Shown: positions 11,898-22,149, numbered from the stretch's first letter. The stretch: DNA of 64,000 nt from an uncultured Gemmatimonadaceae bacterium (GCA_963740355.1 CAVUDW010000002.1:1280001-1344000); one strand, 5' to 3'. Notes: generated by a model not told the origin, from the letters alone. Made by a program: numbers and translations.

Positions 11898-13139
11898 TCA
11901 GCCGGCGCGGATCACTCCCAGAAACCGGTCCACCTCGCCCCTCAGGAGCTCCGCCATGCGCGAGAGTTCGTCAGCGGCACCGAGCATCTGGCCCGCGGCG
12001 TCGCCGGTGTCGCGCACCGCACTGGAGACGGTCGAGATGGCCTGGGTCACCTCGCGTGTCCCAACCGCTGCTTCATGAATGCTTCGGTTGATCTCGACAT
12101 TCGCATTGCGTTGTTCGGCGACGGCGCCGGTCACGGCTTTCGACAGGTCGTTCACTCGGCGGACGGTGCCACCGATCCCGTCGATCGCCGTCACGACCTG
12201 CTCGGTCGCGCCCTGGATCGAGTTCACCTGCAGTTCGATCTCGGATGTCGCATCCCCGACTTCGACCGCGAGGTTCTTCACTTCTGCCGCCACCACCGCG
12301 AATCCCTTGCCCGCTTCGCCGACACGAGCCGCTTCGATGGCGGCATTGAGTGCGAGCAGGCGTGTCTGCCGCGAAATGTCATTGATCAACTTCACGACCC
12401 GCGTGATCTGTCCTGACGCTTCGGCGAGCGTGAAGACGGTCTCATTGGTGCGCTCCACAGCCATCACGGCCTGTGAGGAGATGCTGCTCGTCTCCTGCGC
12501 CTGCCGCTCGATTTCGGCCACCGTCGCCGTGATTTCCTCGGCTGCTGCTGCGACGGAATCCATGCCGCGCGACGCTTCCTCCGCTGCCGCCGCAACCGTG
12601 TGACTGTGCCTGGCTGTCTGGTCCGCCGTGTGCGACAACCCTTCGGCCGTGGCCCGTGCTTCCGTCGCCGCTGCCGCCACATTGTCGACCACCACCTTGA
12701 TTGCGGCCTCGAACTCATCGGCGAGCTGCAGGCGTGCCACGGATGCCGCGCGCAACTGATCGCTGCTGCGCGCCATCTGCTCGGTGGCCGTATTGATCAG
12801 GCCTGCGGCGGTGCGATAGCTCCCAAGCAGCCCGCGCACCAGCAGGCGTCGATAGAACTTTCCTTCCGACGCATGCTGGAGCGAGGCGCTCGACTCGCGG
12901 ACGAAGGCATCGGACAGGTCCAGCAGGTGATTGATACCCTGCGACAACTCACCGAGCGGACCGTCGGCGGGAATGCCGAGAATGCGTGGCTCGAGGTTCC
13001 CGGCCGCCGCCTGCCGCGCCACGTCGCAGATGACCCTGACGCCTGCATGAAAATCACTGAGTTCCGATCGTAGTGCGTCATTTTCGGCACGAAGCGACGC
13101 CAGTGTCGCCGTCGCCTCGACTGGAATGGCGGTCGTCAT
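11898..13139 (-). CDS. Cytoplasmic methyl-accepting chemotaxis protein (HAMP + signalling domain)
   Basis: Hairpin-tip motif ISRQTRLLALNAAIEAARVGEAGKGFAVVAAEVKNLA, HAMP-like AGNLEPRI...LGELSQGINHL, no TM segment. Confidence 0.92.
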   Translation of the reverse strand: MTTAIPVEATATLASLRAENDALRSELSDFHAGVRVICDVARQAAAGNLEPRILGIPADGPLGELSQGINHLLDLSDAFVRESSASLQHASEGKFYRRLLVRGLLGSYRTAAGLINTATEQMARSSDQLRAASVARLQLADEFEAAIKVVVDNVAAAATEARATAEGLSHTADQTARHSHTVAAAAEEASRGMDSVAAAAEEITATVAEIERQAQETSSISSQAVMAVERTNETVFTLAEASGQITRVVKLINDISRQTRLLALNAAIEAARVGEAGKGFAVVAAEVKNLAVEVGDATSEIELQVNSIQGATEQVVTAIDGIGGTVRRVNDLSKAVTGAVAEQRNANVEINRSIHEAAVGTREVTQAISTVSSAVRDTGDAAGQMLGAADELSRMAELLRGEVDRFLGVIRAG

Positions 13140-13666
13140 AGTGTCCACACCCATTCGTCGTACGACTTTCCGGACGCGAGCAGTTCGGCATTCAGCTTGT
13201 CGTATGATGCGAGCAGCCCTTGTGCGCGATCAGGCGTGCGCTGTTCGACCGAGAGCAGGGCCGCGTACAGTGGTTCGGCCTTCGCGATCTTGCTGCGCTC
13301 GGGCACCCGGCGATTGGAGTGGAAGCCAATGATCGCTCCATCCGTGCCGAACGATGGCGTCATGTGGGCGAGTACCCAGTAGTTGTCGCCGGATCGCGCG
13401 AGGTTGTTCACGTACGCAAACACTTCGTGGCCGCCGAGCAACCGTTCCCAGAGGAACTTGAACACGGCGCGCGGCATCGCGGGATGTCGCACGAGGCTGT
13501 GTGGTGCGCCGAGCAGTTCGTGCTCCTCGTATCCCGAGACTTGCATGAACACACGGTTCGCATACGTGATCTTGCCGGAGACGTCCGTCTTGCTGACGAT
13601 GATTTCGTCTTCGGCGAAGGTCCGTTCGCGGCCCGTCGGATGAATGGCAGTGCGCGCCAGTGACAT
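13136..13666 (-). CDS. Stand-alone Aer-type PAS domain protein
   Basis: IVSKTD..GKITYAN..F...SGY...ELLGAPHSLVRHP.MPR.VF..LW, YWVLAH.TP, SNRR. ATGA overlap with the MCP. Confidence 0.88.
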   Translation of the reverse strand: MSLARTAIHPTGRERTFAEDEIIVSKTDVSGKITYANRVFMQVSGYEEHELLGAPHSLVRHPAMPRAVFKFLWERLLGGHEVFAYVNNLARSGDNYWVLAHMTPSFGTDGAIIGFHSNRRVPERSKIAKAEPLYAALLSVEQRTPDRAQGLLASYDKLNAELLASGKSYDEWVWTL

Positions 13667-14003
13667 AGCAGGATGCTCACGAGATGAAGGAGTGACGACG
13701 TCCGGTGGTGTCGTCCTGCGATCGGATGTTCTATATCAGGCGATGCCTGACAGTGCCGTGCCACTGACCGCGCTCGTGCGCGCATGTCTCCACGCATGCC
13801 TCCGCGCATGACTCATGGCGTTACTTCTGGCGTGCCTCCGGGCGAGATCGGCGAGGCTGGCTGGCGCGTGGGGCCGACGCGGCTCGCTGAGTCGCGTCTC
13901 ATCTCCGCCTCTGGCGGCGGCAGCGGCAGCGGCAGCACTGGAACGCCTTGGTCCCGTCGCCACATTTGGCCAATCGAACGTCGTACTCCCTCCCGCCCGA
14001 TCC

Positions 14004-16091
14004 ATGCGACTCCGTCTTCCGGCCCACCTCGCCCGCCTGTCGGTCCTCACCGCGCTTTTCGCGTCCTGTGACCGACCCGCCGCGGGGCCTTCCACCGATT
14101 GGCCCGTGTACGGCGGCAATACGGACCACACGCACTACACGACACTCGGCCAGATCACGCCGCAGAACGTGTCGACGCTGAAGGTGGCCTGGACGTACGA
14201 GACGCATGACGAGTTCAAGGGCTCGGAGATGCAGGCCAACCCGATCGTCCTCGACGGGGTGCTCTACGCGACGACCCCGAAGCTGCAGGTGTTCGCGCTC
14301 GATGCGACCACCGGCAAGGAGCTCTGGCGCTTCGATCCCAACAACGGCCAGCCACCAACCTCACGAATCCGGCATCGCGGCGTGGTCGTGACGGGCGATC
14401 GTGTGATATTCAACTATCGCTTCCGCCTCTTCGCGCTCGACCGAAAGACCGGCAAGAAGATTCCTGGCTGGGGTAACGACAGCGGATGGGTCGATCTCCG
14501 GGAAGGACTCGACCGACCGGCGAAGGACATCTCGGTGAGCGCGAGCACGCCGGGCGTGGTGTTCGAGGATCTGCTGATCATGGGCAGCACGGTGCCGGAG
14601 CAGTTGCCAAGTGCGCCAGGCGACATCCGGGCTTACGAATTGAAGACGGGGAAGCTGCGCTGGAGCTTTCACACCATCCCGCATCCCGGTGAACCGGGCT
14701 ACGAAACATGGCCGCCGGATGCGTGGAAGATCGCGGGTGGCGCGAACGCCTGGTCGGGCGTGACCATCGATCCGAAGCGGGCGATGCTCTTCGCGGCCAC
14801 AGGCTCCGCGTCGTACGACTTCTATGGCGCGAATCGACTTGGCGACAACCTCTACGCCAATAGCGTGATCGCGCTCGATGCGCGCACGGGAAAACACATC
14901 TGGCACTATCAGGTACTGAAGCACGATCTATGGGACCGCGACCTTCCAGCGGCGCCGATGCTCGTGACGGTGCAGCGTGAGGGCAAGCCGGTCGACGCCG
15001 TGGCGCAGATCACGAAGACGGGACATGTCTGGCTCTTCGATCGCGAGAAAGGCACGCCGATGTTTCCGGTCGAGGAGCGTCGCATGCCGACGGTGGCGCT
15101 GGATGGTGAGCGGCCGTCGCAGTCACAACGCTTCCCGACGTTGCCCTTGCCGTTTTCGCGGCAGCAGCTGACGCGCAATGACCTCACAGAGCGCACCCCC
15201 GAAGCGCATGCGGCCGCGCTGAAAACCTTCGAGGAGTACAACCCCACCGATCCGTACGAAGCCCCGAACGTCACGAAAGGCACGATCATCTTTCCGGGTG
15301 TCGATGGCGGCGGTGAGTGGGGTGGGCCGGCCTTCGACCCGACCACCGGGCTGCTGTACGTGAATGCCAACGAGATGGCGTGGTTGCTGAAGCTGGTGCC
15401 ACGCAACGACAAGTCGCTCTACGGTGCGAACTGCGCTGGCTGCCATGGCGACAACCGGCAGGGCGGTGCCGGTGGGCCGTCGCTGGTCGACATCGCGCAG
15501 CGACGCACGTCGGCGCAAGTCACGCAGATGATCAACGAAGGCAATGGTCGCATGCCGGCCTTCGGTGGCGCGATGGACGGTTCCGCCGTGAAGGAAATCG
15601 TCGAATACCTGATGACCGGCAAGGTGGAGTCGGTGCGCGATGTGCAGAAGAGCCCGTACTTCCTCAAGTATCGCACGGCGTTTTTCGACATCTTCCTCGA
15701 TCACGAGGGCTATCCTGGCATCAAGCCGCCGTGGGGCACCTTGAATGCCATTGACCTCAACACTGGCAAGACGGCGTGGTCGATTCCGTTCGGCGAATAT
15801 CCGAAGCTGGCGGCGCAGGGGATCACCAACACCGGCACCGACAGTTACGGCGGCGCGATCGTCACCGAGAATGGGTTGCTCTTGATCGGTGCCACCACCT
15901 ATGACAACAAGTTCCGCGCCTACGACAAGGCGACCGGTCGGTTGTTGTGGGAGACCGTGCTGCCGGCCGCCGGCAATGCGACACCCTCGACGTACATGGT
16001 GAATGGCAAGCAGTACATCGTGATTGCCTGTGGCGGTGGCAAGAATGGCGCGGCCAGCGGTGGAACGTACGTGGCGTTTGCACTGCCGTGA
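14004..16091 (+). CDS. PQQ-dependent (glucose-type) dehydrogenase with an inserted cytochrome c domain
   Basis: DWPVYGG, PQQ propeller W-repeats (ALDATTGKELW), GGANAW, HDLWDRD, GGGEWGG, heme motif CAGCH plus MPAF, PPWGTL. Possible lipobox LFASC. Confidence 0.9.
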   Translation: MRLRLPAHLARLSVLTALFASCDRPAAGPSTDWPVYGGNTDHTHYTTLGQITPQNVSTLKVAWTYETHDEFKGSEMQANPIVLDGVLYATTPKLQVFALDATTGKELWRFDPNNGQPPTSRIRHRGVVVTGDRVIFNYRFRLFALDRKTGKKIPGWGNDSGWVDLREGLDRPAKDISVSASTPGVVFEDLLIMGSTVPEQLPSAPGDIRAYELKTGKLRWSFHTIPHPGEPGYETWPPDAWKIAGGANAWSGVTIDPKRAMLFAATGSASYDFYGANRLGDNLYANSVIALDARTGKHIWHYQVLKHDLWDRDLPAAPMLVTVQREGKPVDAVAQITKTGHVWLFDREKGTPMFPVEERRMPTVALDGERPSQSQRFPTLPLPFSRQQLTRNDLTERTPEAHAAALKTFEEYNPTDPYEAPNVTKGTIIFPGVDGGGEWGGPAFDPTTGLLYVNANEMAWLLKLVPRNDKSLYGANCAGCHGDNRQGGAGGPSLVDIAQRRTSAQVTQMINEGNGRMPAFGGAMDGSAVKEIVEYLMTGKVESVRDVQKSPYFLKYRTAFFDIFLDHEGYPGIKPPWGTLNAIDLNTGKTAWSIPFGEYPKLAAQGITNTGTDSYGGAIVTENGLLLIGATTYDNKFRAYDKATGRLLWETVLPAAGNATPSTYMVNGKQYIVIACGGGKNGAASGGTYVAFALP

Positions 16092-16112
16092 TCACACGCC
16101 GGGGTTCGACGA

Positions 16113-16829
16113 TTGGCGGATGACGTGAGCAGGCTTGCGGTCCGCGGCGTCGCCAAGCGCTTCGGCCAGACAGTCGCCTTGGCGAGCGCGTCGTTCTCGG
16201 TTGGTGTTGGTGAGGTCGTGGCGTTGTTGGGCCCGAACGGCTCGGGCAAGACGACGCTGCTGGAATGCGTCGCGGGCCTGCTCCCGATGGATGGAGGCGA
16301 GGTTCGCGCCTCCGACGGTGTGCTGAGCGACTCGTCGCGTGCAGAATTGATCTTTTACCTTCCTGACGGCATCGCACCGTGGCGCGACCAGCCGGCTGAC
16401 TGGGTGCGCTGGTTTGCAGGGGAGTTGTTCGGGAGCGATGCCACGGCGATGCCCGATGTGTTGCAGACACTGCGGATCGAGGAGTTGGGGGCACAACCTG
16501 TCGGCACGCTCTCGAAGGGCCAGCGCAAGCGCCTGCTGCTCGCGATCGCCCTGCTCTCGACGCGACCCGTCGTGATTCTCGACGAACCATTCGATGGACT
16601 CGACCTTCGGCTCACGCGGGCGACGATCGCGCTTTTTCGTCGACTGGCTGCACGCGGGCGTTCGCTCGTACTCTCGATTCACGCGATGGCCGATGCCGAG
16701 CGCGTCGCTGATCGCCTGGTGCTCCTGAGTGACGGGCGCACGATCGGGGATGGCACGCTCGAGCAGTTGCGCGCCGTGACGTCGTTGCCGAACGCGTCGC
16801 TGGAGGAACTGTTTCTTGCACTCTCCTGA
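16113..16829 (+). CDS. ABC transporter ATP-binding protein
   Basis: Walker A GPNGSGKT, signature LSKGQ, Walker B VILDEP, H-loop SIH, C-terminal SLEELF. True start may be GTG 16125. Confidence 0.92.
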   Translation: MADDVSRLAVRGVAKRFGQTVALASASFSVGVGEVVALLGPNGSGKTTLLECVAGLLPMDGGEVRASDGVLSDSSRAELIFYLPDGIAPWRDQPADWVRWFAGELFGSDATAMPDVLQTLRIEELGAQPVGTLSKGQRKRLLLAIALLSTRPVVILDEPFDGLDLRLTRATIALFRRLAARGRSLVLSIHAMADAERVADRLVLLSDGRTIGDGTLEQLRAVTSLPNASLEELFLALS

Positions 16830-18162
16830 CACAGGTGGAAGGCGAGGGGCGTCGCGACGGGTGCTCTCGGCGCTCTTCTCGAAGGAATGGCGTGAGCTCC
16901 GCGTGGCGAAAGGTGCCTGGCTGGTGGCGTTGGCGGTGGGGCCACTTGTCGGGCAGGCTTTCATCACCGCGGTGCGCACCTACAGCGAAATGAGTGGTGG
17001 TGCGGGGACAGCCAGCGCCGCTCTCTCGGAGGGATTGAGTCCGCTCGATGGCGTCGTCGTGCCGACGTTCGGTGTGTACGCGCTGCTTGCGACACTGCTG
17101 CTGCCGTTCATTGCGATTCGCCTCGTCAGCGAAGAGAAGTCGTCGGGCGCAATGCTGCTGCTGGCGCAAAGTGGTGTGTCGGCGAGTCGACAGCTGGCGG
17201 TGAAGTTCGTCGTCCTGATGCTCGCCTGGATGCTGCTCTCGATCCCCGGTCTTCTCTCGCTCGCGCTTTGGCGATGGTACGGCGGCCATCTCGCGGTGGC
17301 CGAGACGAGTACGGTGCTGCTCGGCCACCTGCTGCATGGTGCGTTGATCGTTGCGATTGCCTTTCTGGCCGCGGCGATTGCCGATGGTGCATCGAGTGCG
17401 GCCGTCATTGCGCTTGGTGTCACGCTCGGGGGGTGGGCGCTGGATTTCGTTGCTGGGGTGCAAGGTGGTGTTGCGGCGCAGTTGGCACGCTTCACGCCGG
17501 AGGCGATGCTGCGCGTCTTCGAGCAAGGTGAGATCGAGTGGCGCACCCTGTTGCTTTCACTCAGCGTGACGGCGGCGTGCCTTGTTTTGGCCCTGATATT
17601 TCTGCGTCGCGGTCGCGCGCGCGCCGTGCAATCGCGCGCGGCGATGCTCGTCGTTGTGGCGGGGTTGATATGTCAGATCGGCATTCTCAACCTGCGGGGC
17701 AGCGTCGACGTTACCGAAGATCGGCGTCACTCGCTGCCGCCTGCCGACGCGCGCGCGCTGGGCTCGCTCGATGGCACGTTGGCGGTCGAAGCGCATCTTG
17801 GCCCGCAGGATCCTCGCCTGGTGGATCTGCAACGCGGCGTGCTGCACAAGCTTGCGCGCGTGATGTCGGTACGGGTGGTGAACACGTCGCAGACCGGGAC
17901 CGGTCTGTTCGAGGGCGGGGCGGGCTACGGCGAGGTCTGGTACTTGTGGCAGGGGCGGCGCGTGATGACTCGTTCGACAACGCTTCCGATCGTCCTTGAC
18001 ATGATTTATTCATTAACGCGCACCCCCGTTCCGATGGCGGACGCGGGGCCAACGTACCCCGGCTATCCGCTGGCGAGTGAGCCGCGTGGCGCTGCGCTCC
18101 TGTTCTATCCCGGCTGGCTGCTGGCCATCGGGATGTGCTGGGGGATCATGCGTCGTCGCTGA
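16816..18162 (+). CDS. ABC-2 type permease fused to a GldG-like periplasmic domain
   Basis: Multiple TM helices, RLVSEEKSSG, then DVTEDRRHSL (GldG N-terminal-like) and a C-terminal TM. Start uncertain. Confidence 0.78.
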   Translation: MHSPDTGGRRGASRRVLSALFSKEWRELRVAKGAWLVALAVGPLVGQAFITAVRTYSEMSGGAGTASAALSEGLSPLDGVVVPTFGVYALLATLLLPFIAIRLVSEEKSSGAMLLLAQSGVSASRQLAVKFVVLMLAWMLLSIPGLLSLALWRWYGGHLAVAETSTVLLGHLLHGALIVAIAFLAAAIADGASSAAVIALGVTLGGWALDFVAGVQGGVAAQLARFTPEAMLRVFEQGEIEWRTLLLSLSVTAACLVLALIFLRRGRARAVQSRAAMLVVVAGLICQIGILNLRGSVDVTEDRRHSLPPADARALGSLDGTLAVEAHLGPQDPRLVDLQRGVLHKLARVMSVRVVNTSQTGTGLFEGGAGYGEVWYLWQGRRVMTRSTTLPIVLDMIYSLTRTPVPMADAGPTYPGYPLASEPRGAALLFYPGWLLAIGMCWGIMRRR

Positions 18163-18264
18163 CCGGCTTGCGGCGCGCGAGCGGCGGGGGCGCACCCATC
18201 CTCGCCCAGCAACGCAATGTCGTTTCATCACGGCGTGAGTCGATTCCGCCGCCAGCGCCCACCG

Positions 18265-19002
18265 ATGCAGCGGTACGCCGGCCTCGTGGCCTTCGCGCTG
18301 CTGCTGCCAGTTGCGATGCAGGCGCAAGCGCGCGCCGCTCGCTCCCCGTCACCCGCACCGATCCACGTTGGTGTCGAACGCGATCGGGTCGGCGGCGAAC
18401 CATCCACCTTCCTGCCGATGGTAGGCAATTGGGTGGTCGCGAAGGAGGGCGGCCGGAACGTGGTGCGCGTCGATGGCCGTGTCTGGAAGCGCGGTCAACC
18501 CGCAGGTGGCCTCGCAGACAAGGCCCGCTCGATCTACGGCTCGCGGCATGAGGAGTTCATCGACAACGTCACGGCGTTCGCCTATTTCCCGATCGCCGTC
18601 GCCAAAGGCATCGAGAACTTCACGAACGGCGACATCACCGTCCGTTTCATGATGATCGGCGGCACACTCGACCGGTGTGCCGGCATCCTCTTCGACGTGC
18701 AGCCGAACGGTGACTACCTCGCCTTCCGTTTCAACGGCACCGAAGACAACGCCGTCCTCTGGACCTTCAACAATGGCCGACGCGCATTCGTGAAGCGCGG
18801 CGTCGAGAATGCGCCCCTCGAACTCGGGACCTGGCACGAGCTGCGTGTGAACGTGCAGGGGACACAATTCCGCGGGTACCTCGACGGCAAGCTGATGCTC
18901 GAGCACACGCTGCCGCACGCGGTCACTGGAAAGGTCGGGCTCTGGTCGAAGACCGACAGCATGAGCGAGTTCACTGATTTCACCGTGACGGCGCAGCCAT
19001 GA
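18265..19002 (+). CDS. Secreted concanavalin/LamG-like (DUF1080-like) protein
   Basis: Signal peptide, GDITVRF, AGILF, WHELRVNVQG....YLDGK, GKVGLWSK.D. Confidence 0.65.
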   Translation: MQRYAGLVAFALLLPVAMQAQARAARSPSPAPIHVGVERDRVGGEPSTFLPMVGNWVVAKEGGRNVVRVDGRVWKRGQPAGGLADKARSIYGSRHEEFIDNVTAFAYFPIAVAKGIENFTNGDITVRFMMIGGTLDRCAGILFDVQPNGDYLAFRFNGTEDNAVLWTFNNGRRAFVKRGVENAPLELGTWHELRVNVQGTQFRGYLDGKLMLEHTLPHAVTGKVGLWSKTDSMSEFTDFTVTAQP

Positions 19003-19700
19003 TGCGCCGCCTGGCGATTGTCCCCATCCTGCTGCTGGCGTGTGTGATCGGCAGCAAGCCGTCTGGTGCACAGCGCGCTCGTCGCCGCGACTGTGCACCG
19101 CTCGACACCACCGCCTCGTGGTTCCGTCGGCAACGCGAGTGGATGGTCGGCGGTGGCGCGTGGAGCGACACCACGCTGCGCCAGGCGCTGCTCGCGCTTC
19201 CGTCACACGATGCCGCCGCAGCGCAGGGCGCCCTGTTGGGCTTCGAGTTGAATGCCGCACCTCGCCCACTGGCGGCACAGGACTCGGCGATGATCCGCCA
19301 GTTGCTCGCGCTGGCGTCGAAGCGCGGGTCGGTCTGGCCAACTCGCAGCGTCGTCGGTGCCGATGGTGTGCTGGCGGTGTGGACTCTGGCCACGCGTGAC
19401 ACGGCACTCGCACGTGCGGCGCTCAAGCGCATGATGGAAGCAGGTCCGGATGAATCGCCGCCCGCCGCGGTCGCACTGCTCGAGGATCGCGCCCGGACAC
19501 AGGCGGGGCGCAAGCAGCTCTACGGCACGCAGCTGCAACGCAGTGCGAGCGGTGCAATCGCACCAGTGCCGATCGAGGATCTCGCACACCTCGCCATGCG
19601 CCGCGATGGCGCCGAACTGCCGCCGCTCGAGCAATCACTCTGTGCGGCGCGCTCGGCGACTGCACAGGCGGCTGCCAGCCGCGCCTCGACCGATCACTGA
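18999..19700 (+). CDS. DUF6624-like secreted protein
   Basis: WP..SVVG.DG, ALLEDR.....GRKQLYGTQ, PIED......RR...LPPL. ATGA overlap with the upstream gene. Confidence 0.7.
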   Translation: MMRRLAIVPILLLACVIGSKPSGAQRARRRDCAPLDTTASWFRRQREWMVGGGAWSDTTLRQALLALPSHDAAAAQGALLGFELNAAPRPLAAQDSAMIRQLLALASKRGSVWPTRSVVGADGVLAVWTLATRDTALARAALKRMMEAGPDESPPAAVALLEDRARTQAGRKQLYGTQLQRSASGAIAPVPIEDLAHLAMRRDGAELPPLEQSLCAARSATAQAAASRASTDH

Positions 19701-19748
19701 GTCGTCCCATGGCGACTGGTGGTCGCCAACCCTTTGCCCTGCCTGTTG

Positions 19749-22073
19749 ATGTCGCCTCGCCAATGCCGTTCGTACCTGCTCGCAGCCCTCGCGCTGCCCA
19801 CCGCGCTGCTGACGACTCGCGTTGCGGCCCAGACCACCGCCACCGTGCGCGGGACGGTCATCTCCTCCGACAAGGGCACGCCCATCAGCGGCGTGCGAGT
19901 CGCCGTCCAGTCACCGACACGCGTGGCCGTGACCGATGAAGCGGGACGCTACGTGCTGCGCGGCATTCCTGCCGGCAAGTACGACCTCGTGTTCACCGCG
20001 CTCGGCTTCACCCCACTCCATCGCGATGTCGACCTGTCGCACGGAAATGCCACCGTCGATGCCCGGCTGGCAGCCGGCTCTCTGATGCTGTCGAGTGTGA
20101 TCACGACCGCAACACGCTCGCCGACTGAGGCGCGCCTCGTGGCTGCGACGGTGAACGTGCTCACGCCACAACACATCGCGACCAGTGCCGCGCGCGAAAC
20201 GCAGGACCTGCTGCGCGAGATCCCCGCGGTGGAGTTGCCGAGGACCAGCAGCCTCGTTGGCGGCACTGCGCAGATCGTGTCGATCCGCGGCGTCGACGAA
20301 GGGCGCACTGCGGTGCTCTTCGATGGCATCCCGGTCAATGATGCGTGGGGCGAATGGATCGACTGGGGGCGTGTGCCGAAGAGCATGCTGGATCGCGTCG
20401 AAGTGGTGGAAGGCGGCACGTCGAGTCTCTACGGCAACGGTGCGATGGGCGGCATCATCTCGTTCTTCTCGAAGCCGATGTCACCTGGTGACATCTCGTT
20501 CAGTGCCGATGGCGGGCAGCGCGATGCGCAGCATCTCTCCCTGTCGGCAGGAGTGCCGATCATCGGTGCAGTGACGGCGAGTGTCAGCGGCGACTATCAA
20601 GCGGGTGGCGGCTACGTCCTGCTCGATCCGGCGAAGGTCGGGGCCATCGACGTGCGATCGCAGGTGTACCAGCGCAACGGCTATGCGCGGCTCAACTATG
20701 CACCGTCATCCACGATCTCGGCATTCATCACCGGGCATCTCTACGGCGACAACCGTGAGCTCGGCACGCCCCTCGCCATTCAGTCGCGCCAGCAGCGCAG
20801 TATCGACTTCGGGCTCGACCTCGGCCGCGTCGCAGCGGGGCAGTTGTCGCTGCGCGGGTGGGATGGTCGCCAGGATGAACATCAGCGCGCCAGCACCATT
20901 CGCGCTGGCGGCCGAGCCTTCGAGGACAGCAGCGTGACGGCACTGATCCCGAGTCACGATTGGGGCGCCTCGGCGATCTGGACTCGCTCCGCCGTCCTCC
21001 ACCTGCAGTCGGTCAGCGTGGGCGGCGACTATCGCGGCTACAACGGCAACTTCGACGAAGTGAACTTCAACACCACCTGCCCGGGCGCAAACTGTGGCAC
21101 GGTCACGCGGCGCATCCTCTCGGGTGGCGACCAGGCGCTGAGCGGCGCGTTCGTGCAGGCGATCGCAGCACCGATCAAGCCGCTGCGTGTGGAGCTGAGC
21201 GCCCGCGTCGATCACTGGAAGAACGCCAACGGCTTCTCGAATGATGCGAACGCCGGTCGCGTGGACTTCCCGGACAGCAGCAAGACGGCGTTCTCGCCCC
21301 GGATCGGCGTTCGTTATCAGGTCGCGCCGCGGTTCGCGTTGCACGCGGCAGGGTACACGGCATTCCGCGCACCGAATCTTGCCGAGTTGTATCGCAAGCA
21401 GATCAGCGCCACATCGATCACGCTGCCCAATCCATACCTCGCCGCCGAGACGGCCAATGGCCGTGAGATCGGCTTCGATTGGGAGGCCACCAACTGGCTG
21501 CAGTTGAAGGGCACCTACTACACGGCCGACTACAACGACTTCAATGTCCCGGTGACGTTCACCACCAACCGGCCGGCCGCCTGTGGCACCATCGCCACCT
21601 GCCGTCAGCGCCAGAACGTGAACAAGTCGCGCAGCCAGGGCGCCGAGGGGTATGTCGCAATCCGGCCGGTGCCGTCGCTGTTCATCAGCGCCGCGGTGAT
21701 GTACGACGATGCGCGACAGCAGTCTGGCCTCACCACCGCACAACTCAGCAACAAGGCGAAGATCAATCGCGTGCCGTCGCCGAAGCAGGTGGTGCGTGCG
21801 ACGTGGACGTCGGCGCTGCTGGGCGAATACACGGCGATCTGGCGCTTCGAGGGGCACACCACCACGCTGCAGGGGGCCACGCTCGATCCCTACGCGGTGT
21901 ATGACCTGCAGGTGCGACGGCAGGTGGTGCGCGGCCTGCAAGGCTTCGCGGCGCTCGAAAACGTCGGCAACACCAAGTACCAGATCAATCTCTCCGGAAC
22001 CGGTGCGGCGGCGCTCATCTCCTACGGCATGCCGCGAACGTTCCGGGCCGGGATGACCGTGAGCCGCTATTGA
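19749..22073 (+). CDS. TonB-dependent receptor with an N-terminal carboxypeptidase-regulatory-like domain
   Basis: Signal peptide, VRGTV...G.PI.G, plug motifs VSIRG...LFDGIP and DRVEVVEGGTSSLYGNGAMGGII, FRAPNLAELY, C-terminal PRTFRAG...Y. Confidence 0.92.
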   Translation: MSPRQCRSYLLAALALPTALLTTRVAAQTTATVRGTVISSDKGTPISGVRVAVQSPTRVAVTDEAGRYVLRGIPAGKYDLVFTALGFTPLHRDVDLSHGNATVDARLAAGSLMLSSVITTATRSPTEARLVAATVNVLTPQHIATSAARETQDLLREIPAVELPRTSSLVGGTAQIVSIRGVDEGRTAVLFDGIPVNDAWGEWIDWGRVPKSMLDRVEVVEGGTSSLYGNGAMGGIISFFSKPMSPGDISFSADGGQRDAQHLSLSAGVPIIGAVTASVSGDYQAGGGYVLLDPAKVGAIDVRSQVYQRNGYARLNYAPSSTISAFITGHLYGDNRELGTPLAIQSRQQRSIDFGLDLGRVAAGQLSLRGWDGRQDEHQRASTIRAGGRAFEDSSVTALIPSHDWGASAIWTRSAVLHLQSVSVGGDYRGYNGNFDEVNFNTTCPGANCGTVTRRILSGGDQALSGAFVQAIAAPIKPLRVELSARVDHWKNANGFSNDANAGRVDFPDSSKTAFSPRIGVRYQVAPRFALHAAGYTAFRAPNLAELYRKQISATSITLPNPYLAAETANGREIGFDWEATNWLQLKGTYYTADYNDFNVPVTFTTNRPAACGTIATCRQRQNVNKSRSQGAEGYVAIRPVPSLFISAAVMYDDARQQSGLTTAQLSNKAKINRVPSPKQVVRATWTSALLGEYTAIWRFEGHTTTLQGATLDPYAVYDLQVRRQVVRGLQGFAALENVGNTKYQINLSGTGAAALISYGMPRTFRAGMTVSRY

Positions 22074-22112
22074 TTGGCATTGGCGTCGGCAGGACGCTCG
22101 ACATGACCGTCT

Positions 22113-22149
22113 CCACGACCCTCACCCGAAACCTGGGTGAGGGTCGTGG
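22113..22149. terminator. Perfect 15-bp inverted repeat after the TBDR (terminator or stabilising hairpin)
   Basis: CCACGACCCTCACCC-GAAACCT-GGGTGAGGGTCGTGG; no clear U tract. Confidence 0.6.

Noticed and set aside
13914..13938. Short GGCAGC repeat upstream of the PQQ dehydrogenase
   Set aside because: Only three to four units in GC-rich DNA; not distinguishable from chance.
14920..14945. WDRD as a lanthanide-binding D-x-D signature
   Set aside because: Glucose-type PQQ dehydrogenases also carry D-x-D at this position, so it is not diagnostic outside the XoxF/ExaF clades.
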